Of a stretch of 64,000 nucleotides of DNA, positions 12,813 through 24,019 are shown piece after piece. A model generated the notes under the pieces. The model did not search any database. It was given only the letters and a program-made list of their open reading frames with translations, and had not been told where the DNA came from. A program made the position numbers and the translations under genes. Every line of letters starts with the position of its first letter. Within the stretch, counting starts at the first letter, position 1. The DNA is from the human T2T-CHM13v2.0 reference genome, Homo sapiens: the NCBI RefSeq assembly GCF_009914755.1, contig NC_060935.1. One strand, given 5' to 3'.

Positions 12813-14774
12813 TCACACATCAGTCTCCACAGCCTTTGCATTAGAACAGTTGTTTTTATCTGTCTCACTGTCATCCCCCTTTCCCTGACACTTCTCCTCC
12901 TTTGCACACAGAGATTCCTTAACTCCTTCTTCCATCTCTAGATACTCTGACTTGTCCCCCAGGGAAGAAGAAGTAGAGCTCCGAAATTTCTTGAGCAAAT
13001 TAGAGGGGAGGTATGGACAACTGACTGCATTCTGCGTTAGCTGTGTCTGTTCCTCATTTTCAGTCTCTCTGTGGTAGAAATAGTTAAAGTTAGAGACAAT
13101 CACTGGCACTGGCAAAGCAATGGTTAAGACACCCGCAATGGCACACAGGGACCCGACAATCTTGCCCCCTACAGTGATGGGCTTCATGTCCCCATAGCCC
13201 ACAGTTGTCATGGTCACCACAGCCCACCAAAATGCATCTGGGATGCTTTGGAAATGGGTAGTAGGTTCATCCGCCTCTGCAAAATACACAGCACTAGAAA
13301 AGAGGATGACCCCAATGAAGAGGAAGAAGATCAGAAGGCCCAGTTCCCGCATGCTGGCTCTGAGGGTGTGGCCCAGGATCTGCAGGCCTTTGGAGTGCCT
13401 GGAGAGTTTGAAGATCCGGAATACTCGGACCAGACGAATGATTCTGAGGATGGCAAAGGACATGGCCTGCTGCTGCTGACCATTGCCACCCCCCTGTTGC
13501 TGGGCCAGGTCAGTGCCCAGTGTGATGAAGTAAGGCAAAATGGAGACAATGTCAATGATGTTCATGATGTTTTTGAAGAAGAGTGCTTGGCTGGGACAAG
13601 CAAAGCAGCGAACCACAAACTCAAAGGAAAACCATACAATACAGACTGTTTCCACGATGAAGAAGGGGTCATTGAATATTGTGTGCCCTGAGTTCTCCAG
13701 ATGGGGTGCTGAAGTATCATTCAACAACCCACCATGCCCGCCAGCACTCAGTGCCATGACGAGATCCCTGTCGTCCCTAAACTCAGGCAAGGTTTCCAGG
13801 CAAAAGATGACAATGGAGATTAAGATGACCAGGACGGACACAATGGCTATGCCCCTTGCAGGACTGGAGCTCTCTGGATATTCAAAGAGGAGCCAAATCT
13901 GCTTTTTAAATTCATTCTCGGGGAGGGCCCTGTCTTCCTCTTCTCTCACAAAGCCCTCGTCCTCCCGAAACTTCAACAGGGCCTCCTCCCCCAACTGATA
14001 GAACTTCACCTCCTCAGTGAAGATATCAAAGGGGACATTGACTGGCCTCTTCAGGCGGCCTCCTGATTGATAATAATACAAGATGGCATCAAAGCTGGGG
14101 CGGTTCCTGTCAAAAAAATACTCATTGCGCAAAGGGTCAAAGTACTGAGTCCTCTTTTCAGGGTCTCCCAACAAAGTCTCTGGAAACTGGGCCAGAGTTT
14201 TCATTTGGGTCTCAAAGCGTAGGCCTGACACATTTATCACCACACGTTCACAACAGTCACTGTAGCGGACTGAACTGTAGCCGCCACCGCCCTCATCCTG
14301 AGGCAGCAGATCCGTGTAGGAACACTCATCACCATGGTCATCTTCACTATAGTAAAACCTTCCCTCCTCTTCCTCCTCTTCCTCCTCCTCCTCATCTTCC
14401 TCCTCCTCACTCAGCTCCCTCAGGATCTTCTCCTCAGAGCCACTGGGCATCAGGTCAGAGCAATGAGGGAAGCTGCTCTGCCGGTAGTGGGCTTTCTTCT
14501 TCTCAGACCGCTGTCGCCTCCTCCTCCGACTACCCCGGCTGCTCTGAGGGTCATGGGAGGTACAGGCCCCGCGTGACTGGTGGTGGTGGTGGGAGCCCCC
14601 ACCAGAACCCCCGCTACCTTCGACAGCAGCTGTGGCCGCTGCAACAGCAGCTGCTGCAGCTGCCCTGGAGTGAGCAAGCCTCTCCCGCTCCCGGGCCCGG
14701 GCCTGGGCAGCATAACCATAAGGCATGTGACTGTTGCACCCTGAGCTCTCCGCACTCACCATTGCAACCTCCAT
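12813..14774 (-). CDS. KCNA4: Voltage-gated potassium channel Kv1.4 (Shaker family), 653 aa, intronless CDS
   Basis: ORF has the N-terminal inactivation ball ([21 protein letters not shown]), poly-Ala and poly-Glu tracts, T1 domain ([13 protein letters not shown]), S4 sensor ([13 protein letters not shown]), TVGYGD filter, PVP hinge and C-terminal ETDV PDZ ligand. Start context is strong (ACCACCATGG). Confidence 0.99.
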   Translation of the reverse strand: MEVAMVSAESSGCNSHMPYGYAAQARARERERLAHSRAAAAAAVAAATAAVEGSGGSGGGSHHHHQSRGACTSHDPQSSRGSRRRRRQRSEKKKAHYRQSSFPHCSDLMPSGSEEKILRELSEEEEDEEEEEEEEEEGRFYYSEDDHGDECSYTDLLPQDEGGGGYSSVRYSDCCERVVINVSGLRFETQMKTLAQFPETLLGDPEKRTQYFDPLRNEYFFDRNRPSFDAILYYYQSGGRLKRPVNVPFDIFTEEVKFYQLGEEALLKFREDEGFVREEEDRALPENEFKKQIWLLFEYPESSSPARGIAIVSVLVILISIVIFCLETLPEFRDDRDLVMALSAGGHGGLLNDTSAPHLENSGHTIFNDPFFIVETVCIVWFSFEFVVRCFACPSQALFFKNIMNIIDIVSILPYFITLGTDLAQQQGGGNGQQQQAMSFAILRIIRLVRVFRIFKLSRHSKGLQILGHTLRASMRELGLLIFFLFIGVILFSSAVYFAEADEPTTHFQSIPDAFWWAVVTMTTVGYGDMKPITVGGKIVGSLCAIAGVLTIALPVPVIVSNFNYFYHRETENEEQTQLTQNAVSCPYLPSNLLKKFRSSTSSSLGDKSEYLEMEEGVKESLCAKEEKCQGKGDDSETDKNNCSNAKAVETDV

Positions 14775-15556
14775 GGTGGTGGTTTTCGGAAATGGCTGGT
14801 TCCAGTTGTAGAAGAAGAAGAAAGAAAAATAGGGCAGCTTCTTTTCTCACCAAATTAAGGTAAGTTTGGAACCCTTAAGCAGATTGCTTGGAAGACTAAG
14901 GATATTTTCAGTCCAACTTTGCATTTTCTGTTTTTAAATCAGCACGCCCCATGCTCTCTCTTCTCAGGGATTCAACATTGCTCTCCAGAGCTTGGCTGGT
15001 CGAGATAAATAGCCTGGCACTCTCAAGACTAAGAAGTCCGAAAATGCTGGAGTCTCTCAGACACCTATGTTTTGGGGGTAGATGTTGAAATTTGGAAATA
15101 TGTCTGGGATGTGGTTAGTGATGTTGCTGCAAGATTCAAAGGCAGCAAGTGTCTGACAGCCAGAAGTTGTGCCTAGAAAATGAAATATATTTTTCTGCCA
15201 TGGAAATTGGCCAATGCTCAGTCCATTAAATGTAAATAAAATGCAAATAAGCCTTTACTGTTAGCACTTGCCTTCTAGTGATGGCTCGAACCATGTTAAG
15301 ATGTGGTTTGAAGTATGTCCAGCCATTTCTACTCAAAGTCTATCAGGATGATTCTCCAGGCTCTCCTTTTAAGTTCATCAAAGGCTTCCTGTACCCAGGT
15401 ACAATGCCAAACCACAGATAGAGGCAAAGACCCTGGGAGGTAGAGAAGGTGCTAGATGAGGTGTCAGCAGAAGCAAAACCAGCTCTGAGGTCTCCATAGA
15501 AATCAAGGAAATGCAGAGCATTCTTCAGCCAAAATCATGCAGAAGAAGCACTTCAC
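14775..15556 (-). other. KCNA4: KCNA4 exon 2, 5'UTR portion (782 nt); splice acceptor at 15556
   Basis: Minus strand reads pyrimidine-rich ...TCCTTTTTCAG|GTGAAG. Consistent with the known two-exon structure, with a 5'UTR intron. Confidence 0.8.
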
Positions 15557-16087
15557 CTGAAAAAGGATTGGAAAGAAGCATAGGAGAAAAATAAAAAGGA
15601 AACAAATCATAAAGAGCAAACTGAGCATTTCTCTTCACATACACATCCTTCTCTTTTCTTCAAGAAAGTCATATAACACACCAAGCACCAATATTTTCAA
15701 GAGTATGGGGCAGGCTATTCTCACTCACTAAACATCATTCTTTCCTTCTTCAGTTATTATTTCAGCTCAGTTTATTTTTATGGTAACTCAATTATTTTTC
15801 CTCTCTCCACTCATGGCCCACATGGCTCTTGCTTCTATCTTCCCCTTCACCAATGCTAGGTCTTAATTCTCACTGTCACTCTCTTCATTCCACAAAAAAT
15901 AATGCTGTGACTTTACAGCTGCTTCCATCATTCATCTATTTCAAGGCAATTTTTAAAATTTCCACTCATAAAGTGTTTCTGAATTAAGTGCCCTTCTACT
16001 CCTCTCTATCTTGACTCAGCACTGGGGAAGTCAGAAAAAAAAATAATAATATTCTTATTCTTTGTGCAGACAGCACCACTTGAATGC

Positions 16088-16230
16088 ACTTCAGTCACCT
16101 CATCTATAAAGTACAAATAATAACACAACCTCCCCCATCCCATGTTTGTAAGGATTAAATGAGATAATGGATGTTGATAGAATATCTCAGTGCCTTTTAC
16201 CTAATGAATGGCAATAAACACTGGCAGTTA
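16088..16230 (+). mobile_element. MIR in the KCNA4 intron
   Basis: MIR core: ctcatctataaa...taaggattaaatgagataat. Confidence 0.7.
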
Positions 16231-18169
16231 TGAATAACATAACAGCAACCTATGTTTTTATTGTCTATCTACACAGCCCCAAGTGTTTGTGTCCTTAGGC
16301 CACAAACTAAAGTAGGGGAAGATGGGACGTGAGGACATACAAGACATCCTGAGACTCACCAATGGCCCTTGTTAAGTTGGCACTGCCTGACTCCCTACAG
16401 CATGTCCCCATTGTTTTTCTGTTCCCTTGAATCCTGAACACTCCCTACCACCCACAGACTAGGAACTAATGCCAATTTCCACATCTCTAATAACCATCTT
16501 CTCTCCTTGGCGGTCACTCCATGTTCACCTCAATGGTTCCTCCTCCACTCTGCTCAAGGGACTATCTCCTTATTTTTTTAAATGTCAGTTTCTGTGGACT
16601 TCATTCTTAGCCTATCATACTTACCCCCACTTCAATAAAATCCACATCCCTAACATCCCCCCTCCTCTCTCTTTCTCTCTCTCTGCCCACTTTTATTTAC
16701 AATCTCACACTTCTGAATTGCATGTTCCTTGCAGCTCCGATCTGCTCCCTCTGTCACCTGTTATTCCTGGCCCTTCTTCTTCCTTAGTTTGCTCTCCCAA
16801 GATCCAGGTAATTCATCTCCTCAGCCAGGCCCTGTAAAAGCCCCCATCCAAATCTCCTGTCTCCTCTTGATTTTTCCATGTACTCTGTTCAACAGGACTT
16901 CCAAGAATGCAGGGAGTAACCCAGAGAACTGGAGAGAATGATGATAGTCAGAATTCAGGGCATCTACCAGCTTCTATTACTGGAAGCACTTGGAAAGCAT
17001 AAGAGAAATGGCTTTCTGAAGCCATTAACAGGATTCAGCTCTTGACCACCTGCTGCTCCTTGCTGATCCTGTCAGCCTAAAAGCCTAAACACACTGAATT
17101 TTATGAAGTGACAAGCATGGAAGTGGCAAACAGAGGTCTTCCCAATCATACACCCCTTCCCAATCATATATATTTTCCTAGGGCAAGAAGGGCATTTGAT
17201 TGCAACACAAACTCCAGAAAATACACCACAGAGGGCATCTCACATGCCATCTCCCTTCCTTTGCCTGACTCCTAACATCATCTCATACTCTGAAATGTTT
17301 ACCCTCAAGGAGTTTCCAAATCCCTACTTACAAAACCATCCTGGGGTGACATTCGCAGTGGAGTGTCAGGCCAACATCCTTTCAAGACCGGTACAGACCA
17401 AATAGCCTGAGAGTTTGCTCAGTTTCTTCCCCAACTCCCCTAAAACAATTATAATTTCAATGAAGCCCCAATGTAACCCAAGTTCCTGTATAGTTGAATA
17501 CTACACACACTGCCTTCCCACCCAACTGACTCCCAGAAGGTCATGAATTAGCGAGTCTTCTAATTCACCATCAGCTCTTCGGGAGTTCTAGAACTGCCCT
17601 CTTTCTGCTCTACACCAAATAATTTCACATTTATTTATTTATTTGGGATTGTTAGTTTTTGTTTATCTAACTCCCTCCTCCACCCTACAAGTAGCAAATT
17701 GCCTTCCTTTTAATCATCTACTAGTTACTTCACTATCCCTGATCTAGAAAGAAAGGGAGAGAGAAAGAAAAGAAGAGAAAAGAAAAATCATTCCTCCCAG
17801 CAAATCAGACTGGTTTAAAATCTCTCTTCTTTCTCAAGGTACTCTTGTTAGGAGAATCTATTCAAGCCAATTCCCAGGAGCCTTTATGAGAGAGATCTTT
17901 GCAGAGGAATTTGTCTTCTTCTTTAACACCATTAAACTAATAGGATTTTGCAGACTACCTATTCCCCAATCCCGGCGCCCCCAAACAACAGCCAAGCATC
18001 CCGCCCCTCCTCCTCTCACCCCTCCAACAACAAGGCTGTTCGTCTCTCAGTGCTAATTCCTGCAACTGTGTCACTGTCAGGGTGGTACCTGAACCTTAGA
18101 GAGAGAGAGAGAGAGAAAGAGAGAGAAACTGAGAGAGGGAATCAGAAAAGCCACCACCGTGAGAAATAT

Positions 18170-19800
18170 ACACTTCAACGCACGCCATTTATGCAGCCCC
18201 TATGTATGTTGCTCAAATGCTCGGAAAATGCACGCAAATCCAAACGTTGGAAGAGGCAGCAATTCAGACCCGTTCACCGGCTGTTCCCAAAAGAAGGGAA
18301 CCGGTGCGGCTGGGAGGAGGCGAAACGATGCTAAATCTTAACCCCCCTCTCGTTGGGAAACGACATCTTTAATCGCGCCCTCGCCTCCAGACCTCGGTTC
18401 CCGCTCCAGCACGTTAAGCAGGGCGCACTCACCGCATCCCCGGGTTTGGGAAAATAACAACTGTTGGCCCCCCGGAGCGCCGCGCAGCATCCGCACCTCC
18501 CTTCTCCCACCTCCTGGTTTATTTTTAACCGCCTTCCATTCATGCCCTTCTGTCACATTCCCGATATTATTTATCCCTCAAATGTCCACTGTTTCTTAAC
18601 AGCCAAAATAAGAAGGTAGAGGAAAGATACAAAAAAAAAAAAAAAAAAAAAGGTATCATACTTACCGTTCCCCGGCGGGGCGAAAAATAAAAATAAAGAA
18701 AATCCACCGGCTGGCTTGTTTTTCCCCCTCAAGCTGCAACAGCTGGAGGAGGGGAAGAATGATCCTGGGTGGGGGGCGGGGGGTGGTAAAAGGAATCACT
18801 CGGGTTTGGCAGGTGGAGGCTCCAAATATCCACGGAACAAGTTCTGTTGCCTGGCCCGAGGGGTGCACAGAGTCCTCGCGGCTGGAGCCTGGGGGTGGGG
18901 GTTGGGGCTGCCCCAGAGAAGACCCCAAGACTCCTGGTTCCTCTGGAGTTCAGCACAGGAGGGATTGCCTGGGAAAGGAAGTCAAGGTTCCCCCGAAAAG
19001 AAACAAAATCCTAGACAGCAGCGATCACTTGTTAAGCCCGAATTCCTCCTCCAACATCCATCCCTCTCTCGCTCTCGCTGGCTGCGGGAGCAGCACACGC
19101 CTCCCCTGGCCGCGAACGCGCTCTGGGCGGGGGCGGGGCCAGGGCCGAACCGAGGGTGTGGCGTTCGCGACGGTCGCCAGGGGCGCCTCCCGGCGCGGCG
19201 GGGCGGGTGCAGTCACGACGCCGCGACTCCCCGCACCCCGGCTGGGCCCCCCGACTCCCAGGATCTGGGATCGATTCCAGGAGTCTTTGGCTGTGGTCCC
19301 CACAGGCGAGGAGCAAATCCTGGAGAAGTGTCCCCGTTGGGGCCGGAATAGGGGTTTCGACGGCAGCGCGGGAGTCCCCAGAGGGCTTGGGAGCGGGGAG
19401 CTCCAATGGGAGGTGCAGTCCCGAAAATGGGGTCCTCTGGGACATCTCCTCTACCTAACTTGCTTTCTCTATATCTCCCCTCGAGCCCCGAGCCCCGTCT
19501 TCTTTTCCCCACCCCATCCCCTCCCAAAGCGGGTTTGTTGGGTTGGGAGCCGGGTGCATCTCCGGCGAGGCCACGGGCGGGGAGCCCTCCTGTGCCTGCC
19601 AGAGCGCCCAGATCCCTCAGTCTCCGTCTCCTTTGCACACAGGAGTTGGGAGGCTTCAGCGCCGGGGTTGGGCCTCAGGGGCGCGGAGGAGACCGACTTT
19701 CAACCTGTATTCAATCCCGGGCAGGGGAATGTTACAGAAATTGGAATCAGGCCCAGGCTAGGGGCTGCGCACAGGAGGCAGCAGTTCTAGGGGAGGAGGG
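18170..19800. promoter_or_regulatory. CpG island / TATA-less KCNA4 promoter with Sp/KLF GC boxes
   Basis: Abrupt rise in GC and CpG density. GGGCGG boxes at 19125-19138 and about 19197-19207. Confidence 0.9.
18666..19120 (-). other. KCNA4: KCNA4 non-coding exon 1 (donor at 18666; TSS approximate)
   Basis: Minus-strand ACG|GTAAGT donor at 18666/18665, inside the CpG island and just downstream of tandem GC boxes. Confidence 0.75.
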
Positions 19801-20289
19801 TTGGAGAGATGAGTAAGTTGCAGGGTGGGCCAGGGGCTGAGGGCTTTGGAAGGCGGGGGAAGAGCCCGCAGCCAACCTGTTGCTGCAAAAACAAATACGG
19901 CTCTGGTATCGACTCCCTGAGGGCTCTTTGGATCCTTCAGGACAGAAATCAAGGGATATCGCAGCAAAAAGCAAGTTTTTTTGGTTTTCTTTCTTTCTTT
20001 CTTTTAATTAAAGCTTGTGCGCACAAGGGAGCTAACACCAAGAAAAAAAAAAGTGGGCTGTTCCTCGAAGTCAGGGTGTGGGTTTCTTTTACGGGCCTCT
20101 CCCGTAAGGGGAAATAAGGAGAACTATAGACAGGGCATGTAGAGGTGGAGTTTTTCTGGTGCATGCATGGTGGTTTAACATGCTTCTTCATAGGACGTAT
20201 GTATCATTAGCATCTTAAATCTCCACCTCTGGGAAAGATTTTTTGCATTAAATTAAGGAAAAGGTCACTATGAGTTGAAAGTTAAACCT

Positions 20290-20644
20290 AGCCGCCGCGC
20301 ATGCCAGGGCCTCGGGCAAGTCCCTGGTCCCCTAAAGCCGAAACTTCTGGTTAATAGCTTCTTGAGCTTTTCATGCTAATTGGCTGGAGTTACAGTTTGA
20401 GGAAGGGTCTCTCCTTGTTTCTTGTTTATTTCTTCGGACCACATCAAAACAGGAAAGTAGACAGTTTGCCTGTCTCAGGCTTGCCAGAATCAACCGGGCG
20501 AGAGGTTTGGCTCCCGGGAGGACTCTATCTTAGTGATCTCTCCCACTGCCCACCTCCATTTAAAAAAAAAAAAAAAAAAAAAGGGTTTTGCTGTCCATCT
20601 CCACCCCACTCCCACACACGCGAGCGCGTGCGCACACACACAAA

Positions 20645-20682
<38 letters not shown>

Positions 20683-21010
20683 TAACCAGAAGCCCACGTG
20701 GCGACGGGGTCTCCCTAGACACCTCTCCCAGCTCGCCCGATGGACCAAGCAGGCAGTGGCAGCGCTATGCCCCGGACTGCTGGAGCAAATCCGACCTTGG
20801 GCTGGTTGGTTGGCGCCAGGACTGTCACTGTCGTCCTCGGGGCGGCAGCTTTGTTCAAGGGCTCTATTGGGCCTCCTCCTTTTGTGATGCTCAATTAATT
20901 ATTAAGGGAAATATTCCCGAGCTGAATTATAGATATGCCTTGCACTCACTCACCTAACCGTTGCGGGCTCGGAAAAGGACACCTGGAGGGCTGCTTTTTG
21001 TTGCTGTTTG
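20290..21010. promoter_or_regulatory. Second CpG-rich upstream element with (CA)n, NRF1-like site and E-box
   Basis: Retained CpGs; GCGCGTGCGCA at about 20624-20634; CACGTG at 20695-20700. Confidence 0.55.
20633..20680. repeat. (CA)n microsatellite upstream of KCNA4
   Basis: Direct reading; an A-tract lies nearby at 20562-20582. Confidence 0.95.
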
Positions 21011-21779
21011 ATTTTTCTTTTATCTTTTCAAATAACCGGACACACACACACAAAATCGAATTGTAATCAGTGTGAAAGAAAAAGAAGAAATGAAACCTGG
21101 AGTGCACCCTGGTTTTTCCAACGTCTTTCAGCTAGTGCAGCTTGAAATTTTGGCATGAATAAGTTTAACTGTAACCCCCTGGCCTCAACCCTGGTGGAGC
21201 TGAGAGAAAGGTATCTTCATGCTGGCTCTAGAGACGTTCTTTGCCTCAATTTATTCCCTACTGCAGTTCATTCGAAGAGCAGCAAGACCGGGTTTCTCTA
21301 AAAGTGAGAACGATCATGCTCACTCGCCTCAAACCCTCTCTGTACCTCCACAATGTGATATCACTGTGCAGTTTCATAAGTACCAGAAGCAAATAACTGG
21401 TAATATTTATTGTTGGCTCATTAGAAGGATATTTCTTGGGATAGTAAAAAGCAGGACTGGGACCTGTTTCCCAAAAGCAGTTTATGAGATCAATCCGGTA
21501 CAGCTATGCAGTGCTTTCAGGGAGATGAAAAGTGAGATGGAATGATGTACTAGAGATGATAGTTGTATTGAAGCTTGGATATTTTAATTGAGTCGTGTTT
21601 AAACTTTATGAATTATGCTTCCCTTTTGCTGTTTGTTCCTATCCCAGATAATTTTAAAGTTTTCAATGCCTGAGGACTTTAATATTTGCATTTCTTAGGT
21701 GTTGGTAATCTGAATTACTAAAATACGACAGGAATGCTGCTGAGGAAAAACTCTACTCTCAGGAGGACTTGCGCAAGGC

Positions 21780-22030
21780 AGGTAAGATTAACTGAGTGTC
21801 TGCCTCCTACCTGGCTCTGTGCTAAGTTCTTTGAATGTATATTATGTAATTTTATTTGCATAACTAAATGCTTTTTTATGTGATAAGTACTATTATAACC
21901 ACTATTTTATAGAAAAGGAAATGAAGGCTTACAATGATTAGCTAACTTGCCCAAAGGTTATATAGCTAATTATGTAGCAGAACAAGGCCTTACATATCTG
22001 ACTCTGCAGTGTAGACTGACCCCGTGCTAG
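21780..22030 (-). mobile_element. MIR
   Basis: ctattttatagaaaaggaaatgaaggctt...ctaacttgcccaaaggt. Confidence 0.65.
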
Positions 22031-22547
22031 TGATGTGGTCTATGCCCATTTGTTCATACAAGCTAGTGGCTGTCACAGATGCATATACAGATTATGAAGC
22101 AAGGGGATTTGTGTTATGATGGAGGTATGAGAATGTTGCTCCTTGGTGCAAAGAGTAAAGCAGCATCTAGTGTGGAGGCGGTAAGCAAGAATTCCCAAGG
22201 AGAGAGAGCACTGTCTGAAAAATCATAAGAGTTGGAGTGGCCGCCATGGAGAATGCACAGGCACATAGTGCTGGGATGGAACAGAAGCAACTAACTGGAG
22301 CTAGAGATAGGTTAGGACCAACTGGGAAGAGCATGCCCCCTCCCAGCCTTCTCCCACCACATGCACACACACACCCCTACCTCTTTGCCCATTTAAATAA
22401 TTAATTCATAAAGCAAACAAGAAACATTCTATTTCTCTCCTTGAAATTATCCTAGGAATTTCTAGGAACCCATAAACAGTAGCAAAAAGATTCTTTGATT
22501 GAGACCAATAAAAATCTACCTTGTCTTAGTCCCCAAACCTTGTTTAC

Positions 22548-22864
22548 TTTTTATTTTCTTTTGAAATGGGTTCTCACTCTGTCACCCAGGCTGGAGTGCA
22601 CTGGCATGATCACACCTCACAGCAACCTCAAACTAACTGCTGGGCTCAAGTGATCCTCCTGCCTCAGGCTCCAGAGTAGCTGGGACTACAGGTATGTGTC
22701 ACCATGCCCAGTTATTTTTATTTATTTATTTATTTTTAGTTTTTGTAGAGACAGGGTCTCATTATGCTGACCAGGTTGGTCTCAAACTGGCCTCAAGTTC
22801 TCCTCCTGCCTCAGCCTCCCAAAGTGCCCACCACGATTACAGGTATGAGCCACTGTGCCCAGCC
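22548..22864 (-). mobile_element. AluJ-type element
   Basis: Antisense Alu dimer with J-type gggctcaagtgatcctcc and heavy CpG decay. Confidence 0.88.
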
Positions 22865-23652
22865 CCTCTTTTCTATAAAGAGGAAAAAATTATTTTCTTG
22901 CCTTTCTTAGTCATCAACTAGTCAAAATTCTTTAAGCTCTCCACCACCAAATACACCTATTACCACAAAGAATGTATCCCTGGCTTTGAATTCTCTCAGT
23001 GGTGGTACAAATGTTCCAGATCACACCGTGAAGCCTTTGCTTATATAGAAAGTGGCAGAGGCCAACAGATCGTCTCTGTACAAAGCACGATAGGAAGCCC
23101 TGTGGGATACAAGCTAGGCCCGTTATAAATGTTTTTGTTCTCTTTGAGGACTGTGGTCCACAGTGAATTGCAATGTTCTGTTTACTCCTCTATCTCCCCA
23201 AACATGCCTGTGATACTTCACTGAGAACAGACATTATATCCTGAGCAACTAGCGTTGTACTTGACCCAGAGTAGAATGTGAATGAATAATGGAAGAGGCT
23301 TCCCTTTGCCAAGAAAGTTCAGTGAATGTGTTGTGAGAGAACTAGAAGATTGCTTTTTCACCTGCTCACCCCAGCCTCTCAACTATCTATCTCACTTTTA
23401 AAGTTCTGAAGTGATGGGCGTGGGGGTGGTGAGAAGGCCTTGGAGATTTGGTTCCATGCTCCCATATCCAAATTTATGGATGGGGATATTTTGATCAGCC
23501 CATCATTCCTTATAAAATGTGAGTCACTCAGCTAGTTTTTTCTTGGGTTTTTCAATGACTGTTCACCACCACTTCCTAATTTATCTTACGCATATAGGCA
23601 CTGGTCAAAACTTAAGATATCAGAAGAGCATATTTGTTTCTTACTATAATTA

Positions 23653-24019
23653 GTGTTTTATTCCATTTCAGCTGCTATAATAACAAAATAACATAAACTG
23701 AGTAGCTTATAAACAATATAAATTGATTTCTTACAGAGCTGGAGGCTGGGAAGTATAAAATTAAGATATCAGCAGATTCAATGTCTGGTGAGAGCCCATT
23801 TCCTGGTTCATAGATGGCGCCTTCTTTCTAGGTCCTTACAAAGTAGAAAAGGCAAGGCAGCTCTCTGAGGCCTCTTTTATAAGGGCACTAATCCCATTCG
23901 TAAGGGCCCAGCCCTCATGGTTTCATCACCTCACCATAAATCCTATATCCTAATAGCATCACTTTGGGGGTTAGGATTTCAACAGAAGAATTTAGAGAGA
24001 ACACATTCAGACCATAGCA
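23653..24019 (-). mobile_element. MaLR solo LTR (MLT1A-like)
   Basis: ctgctataa...ggaggctgggaagt...aagggcactaatcccattc...cattcagaccatagca. Confidence 0.8.

Noticed and set aside
13690-13713. RE1/REST-like half sites (TTCAGCACC...GGAGAAC); other halves near 16016, 16069 and 18949
   Set aside because: Non-canonical spacing or isolated halves; no full 21-bp RE1.
13210-14863. Several + strand and alternate-frame ORFs overlapping KCNA4
   Set aside because: Shadows of a GC-rich CDS. The 14614-14853 ORF starts at TTG.
14857-14865. Perfect + strand donor AAG|GTAAGT near the KCNA4 start (antisense RNA?)
   Set aside because: A 9-mer expected by chance in this window; a similar one occurs near 34088. 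There is no other support.
20373-20957. 194-aa ORF with poly-K and HT repeats
   Set aside because: Frame is held open by the A-tract and the (CA)n microsatellite.
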